A stretch of DNA of 63,272 bases, the filler included, from Lenisia limosa (Eukaryota > Protista > Breviatea), in assembly GCA_001655205.1 (NCBI GenBank). It is 10 parts of 10 records of this genome, joined end to end, with 100 filler letters (N's around TTAATTAATTAA, not from the genome) between each part and the next. Parts side by side here need not be neighbours in the genome. Positions count along the whole stretch, not along the records: positions 58,605 to 63,272 come from LPNZ01003023.1; 9 more parts are not named here. One strand, given 5' to 3'. The notes beneath the pieces were generated by a model. That model saw only the letters and a list, made by a program, of their open reading frames with translations. It made no database searches and was not told the origin of the DNA. Positions 61,040 through 63,272 of the stretch are shown in pieces (position 1 is the stretch's first letter; every line of letters starts with the position of its first letter). Made by a program: the position numbers and the translations under genes.

Positions 61040-62850
61040 CCAAAAGAAAGAGATGGGAGGTGTGCAGATTTGAGAAATCAGCTTTGACCGAATTGGGCCC
61101 AAAATACCTCCTGTGTCCCGGTGACACTTTGGCCTTCTTTTTTGGCATGTACAGGTTCTAAACAGTTCGAAAGGAAATTATAGCAGTTGAAACTTGGATC
61201 ATAGAGATCCAGATGAGGGTGTGGCGAAATGTGTGGATAAATTGACATTCTGATATGGGGCAAAAATATAATGTAAAATATACGGCGAATTTAAATGCAA
61301 AATAAAGCACGGGTATTTAAAGTGTAAACTATATGGTATTGATGAGTGAGATGTATTGTTTTTTTTTAATAAATTTTCAGATTTTACCCCCCCCCCCTCC
61401 CACCTTATTCACAGCATGCAGTGAGATGTCAACCAGGGGCGGCACCGCAGTGAGAATTTCATTTTGTGGGGGTATGGAGCTCCCGGATTGCTTAACTGAG
61501 TACATATCTGGTGTGTCAGTTGGGAATACAGTTTTGTACCATGAGAGGCACGCAGAAAGCTGTGTGCACAGAGTTGTAAGGCAAATGATTGGGTGAATTA
61601 ATATTAGTATTATCTCACAGTCTTTAACTTTATTTTCATATTCTCAAAACTAAAAAGAACATATTTGAAAGAAGGAAAATGAGTACCATACCTTGATAAG
61701 TGGAGGATGAGTCCAATGGTGGTGTATTGGCCATTGTCAGCACCGGTGGTAGTGTCCTTTTTGGGTGAACATTGGGAGACAAAATATTGAAATTTATCAA
61801 AAAAAAATTTGTTTTGATAAATTCAGTCTTTGGGTAGATAGCAAACTATTGTGAAATCGGGGGTGAATGAGAGAAAAAAACTCTTGAAATGGGTAAAAAT
61901 AAAGTGGTAGTGCTTTTGAGCTTGAGTATATCGTATAGATTAGTACTTGAAATGGGTAAAGTATATATATACAGTGACCGGGATAAGTCTTGACCTATTT
62001 TCCTTGGGAAATCCCACAGCAAATCGGTCAAGACTTTTCCCGGTGACTGTATAGTAATACACTCTGTATACTAATACTATTTGCTTGAAATAAGAGGAAT
62101 ATATGTATCATTACTACGGTACTTGCCACCGGGTTGCAAAAAAGACAATAAATATCCATATTATTTGCTTATGCAGATAAACACAATTAATTTCACTTAA
62201 ATATGACAAAAACACTTCTCAAAAATGTTAGAACTGACCCCCGTGCATACCAAACGATTACGAAAATCAGGCAAAAGAACACGGGTATCACGAGGGCCCA
62301 ATATCTACATGGATAACGGATTGAAATTTCTGAATCCCTGGAATCTAGACAGCTAGGGCTTCCCTACGGTTCGAAAAAGACCGGTAAAATATCGGTATTT
62401 TAAGAGGATTTATCGAGAAATCCAGTCTCCTTTTGGACCGCAGGGAAGCCTTACAGACAACGCTACAAATCACAAATAGGACGAGCTTGATTAGCCCGCA
62501 CCCCATAAATTTGAATGTTGCGTGTAGGGCTTCACTTCGGTTCGAAAAAGACTGGTAAAATATCGATAGTTTTCGAGTCAACAAATTCAGAACCGAAGTG
62601 AAGCCCTGAACAAGCCACATTATACCTAGGGCTTCACTTTGGTTTGAAAAAAAGACTGAATTTCTTCATAAATCCTCAAAAACTATTGATATTTTCCCGA
62701 GTTTTTAAGAACCGAAGTGAAGCCCTAACTATCTATACCCGCGTTAACAAGCCACAGCGCACCTCGAGGGGTAGTATGTGATTCCAATACTGTGCAGCAT
62801 CCATCCCGGGAGGAACATCCATGCTAATGACAGGACTGGAGAGTTAGTCA
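61040..62850 (+). CDS. Hypothetical multi-exon protein (possibly beta-propeller), partial
   Basis: Exons CSEMSTRGGTAVRISFCG | VEDESNGGVLAIVSTGGSVLF | TDPRAYQTITKIRQKNTGITRAQYLH | SIPGGTSMLMTGLE, with GT-AG signals and MITE-filled introns. Confidence 0.35.
61972..62049. mobile_element. Tc1/mariner-type MITE family D (CAGT termini, TA duplication)
   Basis: TA-CAGTGACCGGGATAAGTCTTGACC...GGTCAAGACTTTTCCCGGTGACTG-TA; 24-bp TIRs with 2 mismatches. Confidence 0.85.
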
Positions 62851-63000
62851 GGAACAAGGTCATGGAGATTTAGTCAGAAACAACGTCCTTTCTTAGAAGA
62901 AGATGTATTGCAATTAGTGCTTCCCTACGGTCCCAAAAGACTGAATTTCTCGATTAATCGTTGATAAATATCGGTCTTTTCGGATCGTAGGGAAGCCCAA
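62354..63000. mobile_element. Four MITE family A copies (62354-62453, 62525-62607, 62627-62727, 62915-63000)
   Basis: Each has paired GGGCTTC(A/C)CT... / ...AG(T/G)GAAGCCC termini, mostly TA-flanked; both subfamilies present. Confidence 0.85.
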
Positions 63001-63272
63001 ATTACAATATAAGCCATGTAATATATTATATACGATAATATAATCGTATTTTCTCATCTCCATAATATAATCGAATTTTTCTCATATGTATTTTTCTCAT
63101 CTCTATTACAAAAAGCCAAGCAGACCATCATGCTTATAAGAGGCGGTAAACTACATATGATATAGTATACATGTAATACTGTAATACTACGACAAAGTAA
63201 CGGTTGAGTTTATGGTGTCATTTTTGTATCCTAGATTATCTTCACTCTGTCTTGCTCCCACTCCACTCTATC

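Overview
This is eukaryotic (protist-like) draft genomic DNA, intron-rich and gapped. It is not one locus: nine artificial 100-nt spacers (N44-TTAATTAATTAA-N44) join about 10 unrelated scaffolds. Genes recognisable by manual splicing are CEP20/FOR20, an ankyrin + EDR1-domain + TKL (Raf-like) kinase, C1D/Rrp47, a CFAP97-domain protein head-to-head with a Tctex1-domain dynein light chain, BOLA3-like, a COMMD10 last exon, the VPS41 5' part and the PP5 3' part, plus several unidentified multi-exon genes. The ciliary genes point to a flagellated organism. There is one tRNA-Arg(ACG), with a decayed RNase H-bearing non-LTR retrotransposon starting about 60 bp upstream of it. Introns carry several small repeat families: a ~100-bp TA-flanked palindromic MITE (about 14 copies), a CAGT-ended Tc1/mariner MITE, a ~140-bp repeat with a C(TTCG)G hairpin, and a T-rich repeat that, wherever a host gene can be inferred, lies in sense orientation near the 3' end of an intron. 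Splice-site-containing units are tandemly multiplied at three places. Two AT-rich scaffold segments hold long stop-riddled reading frames of unknown origin. All exon structures were inferred by eye; coordinates of hypothetical genes are approximate and no database searches were run.
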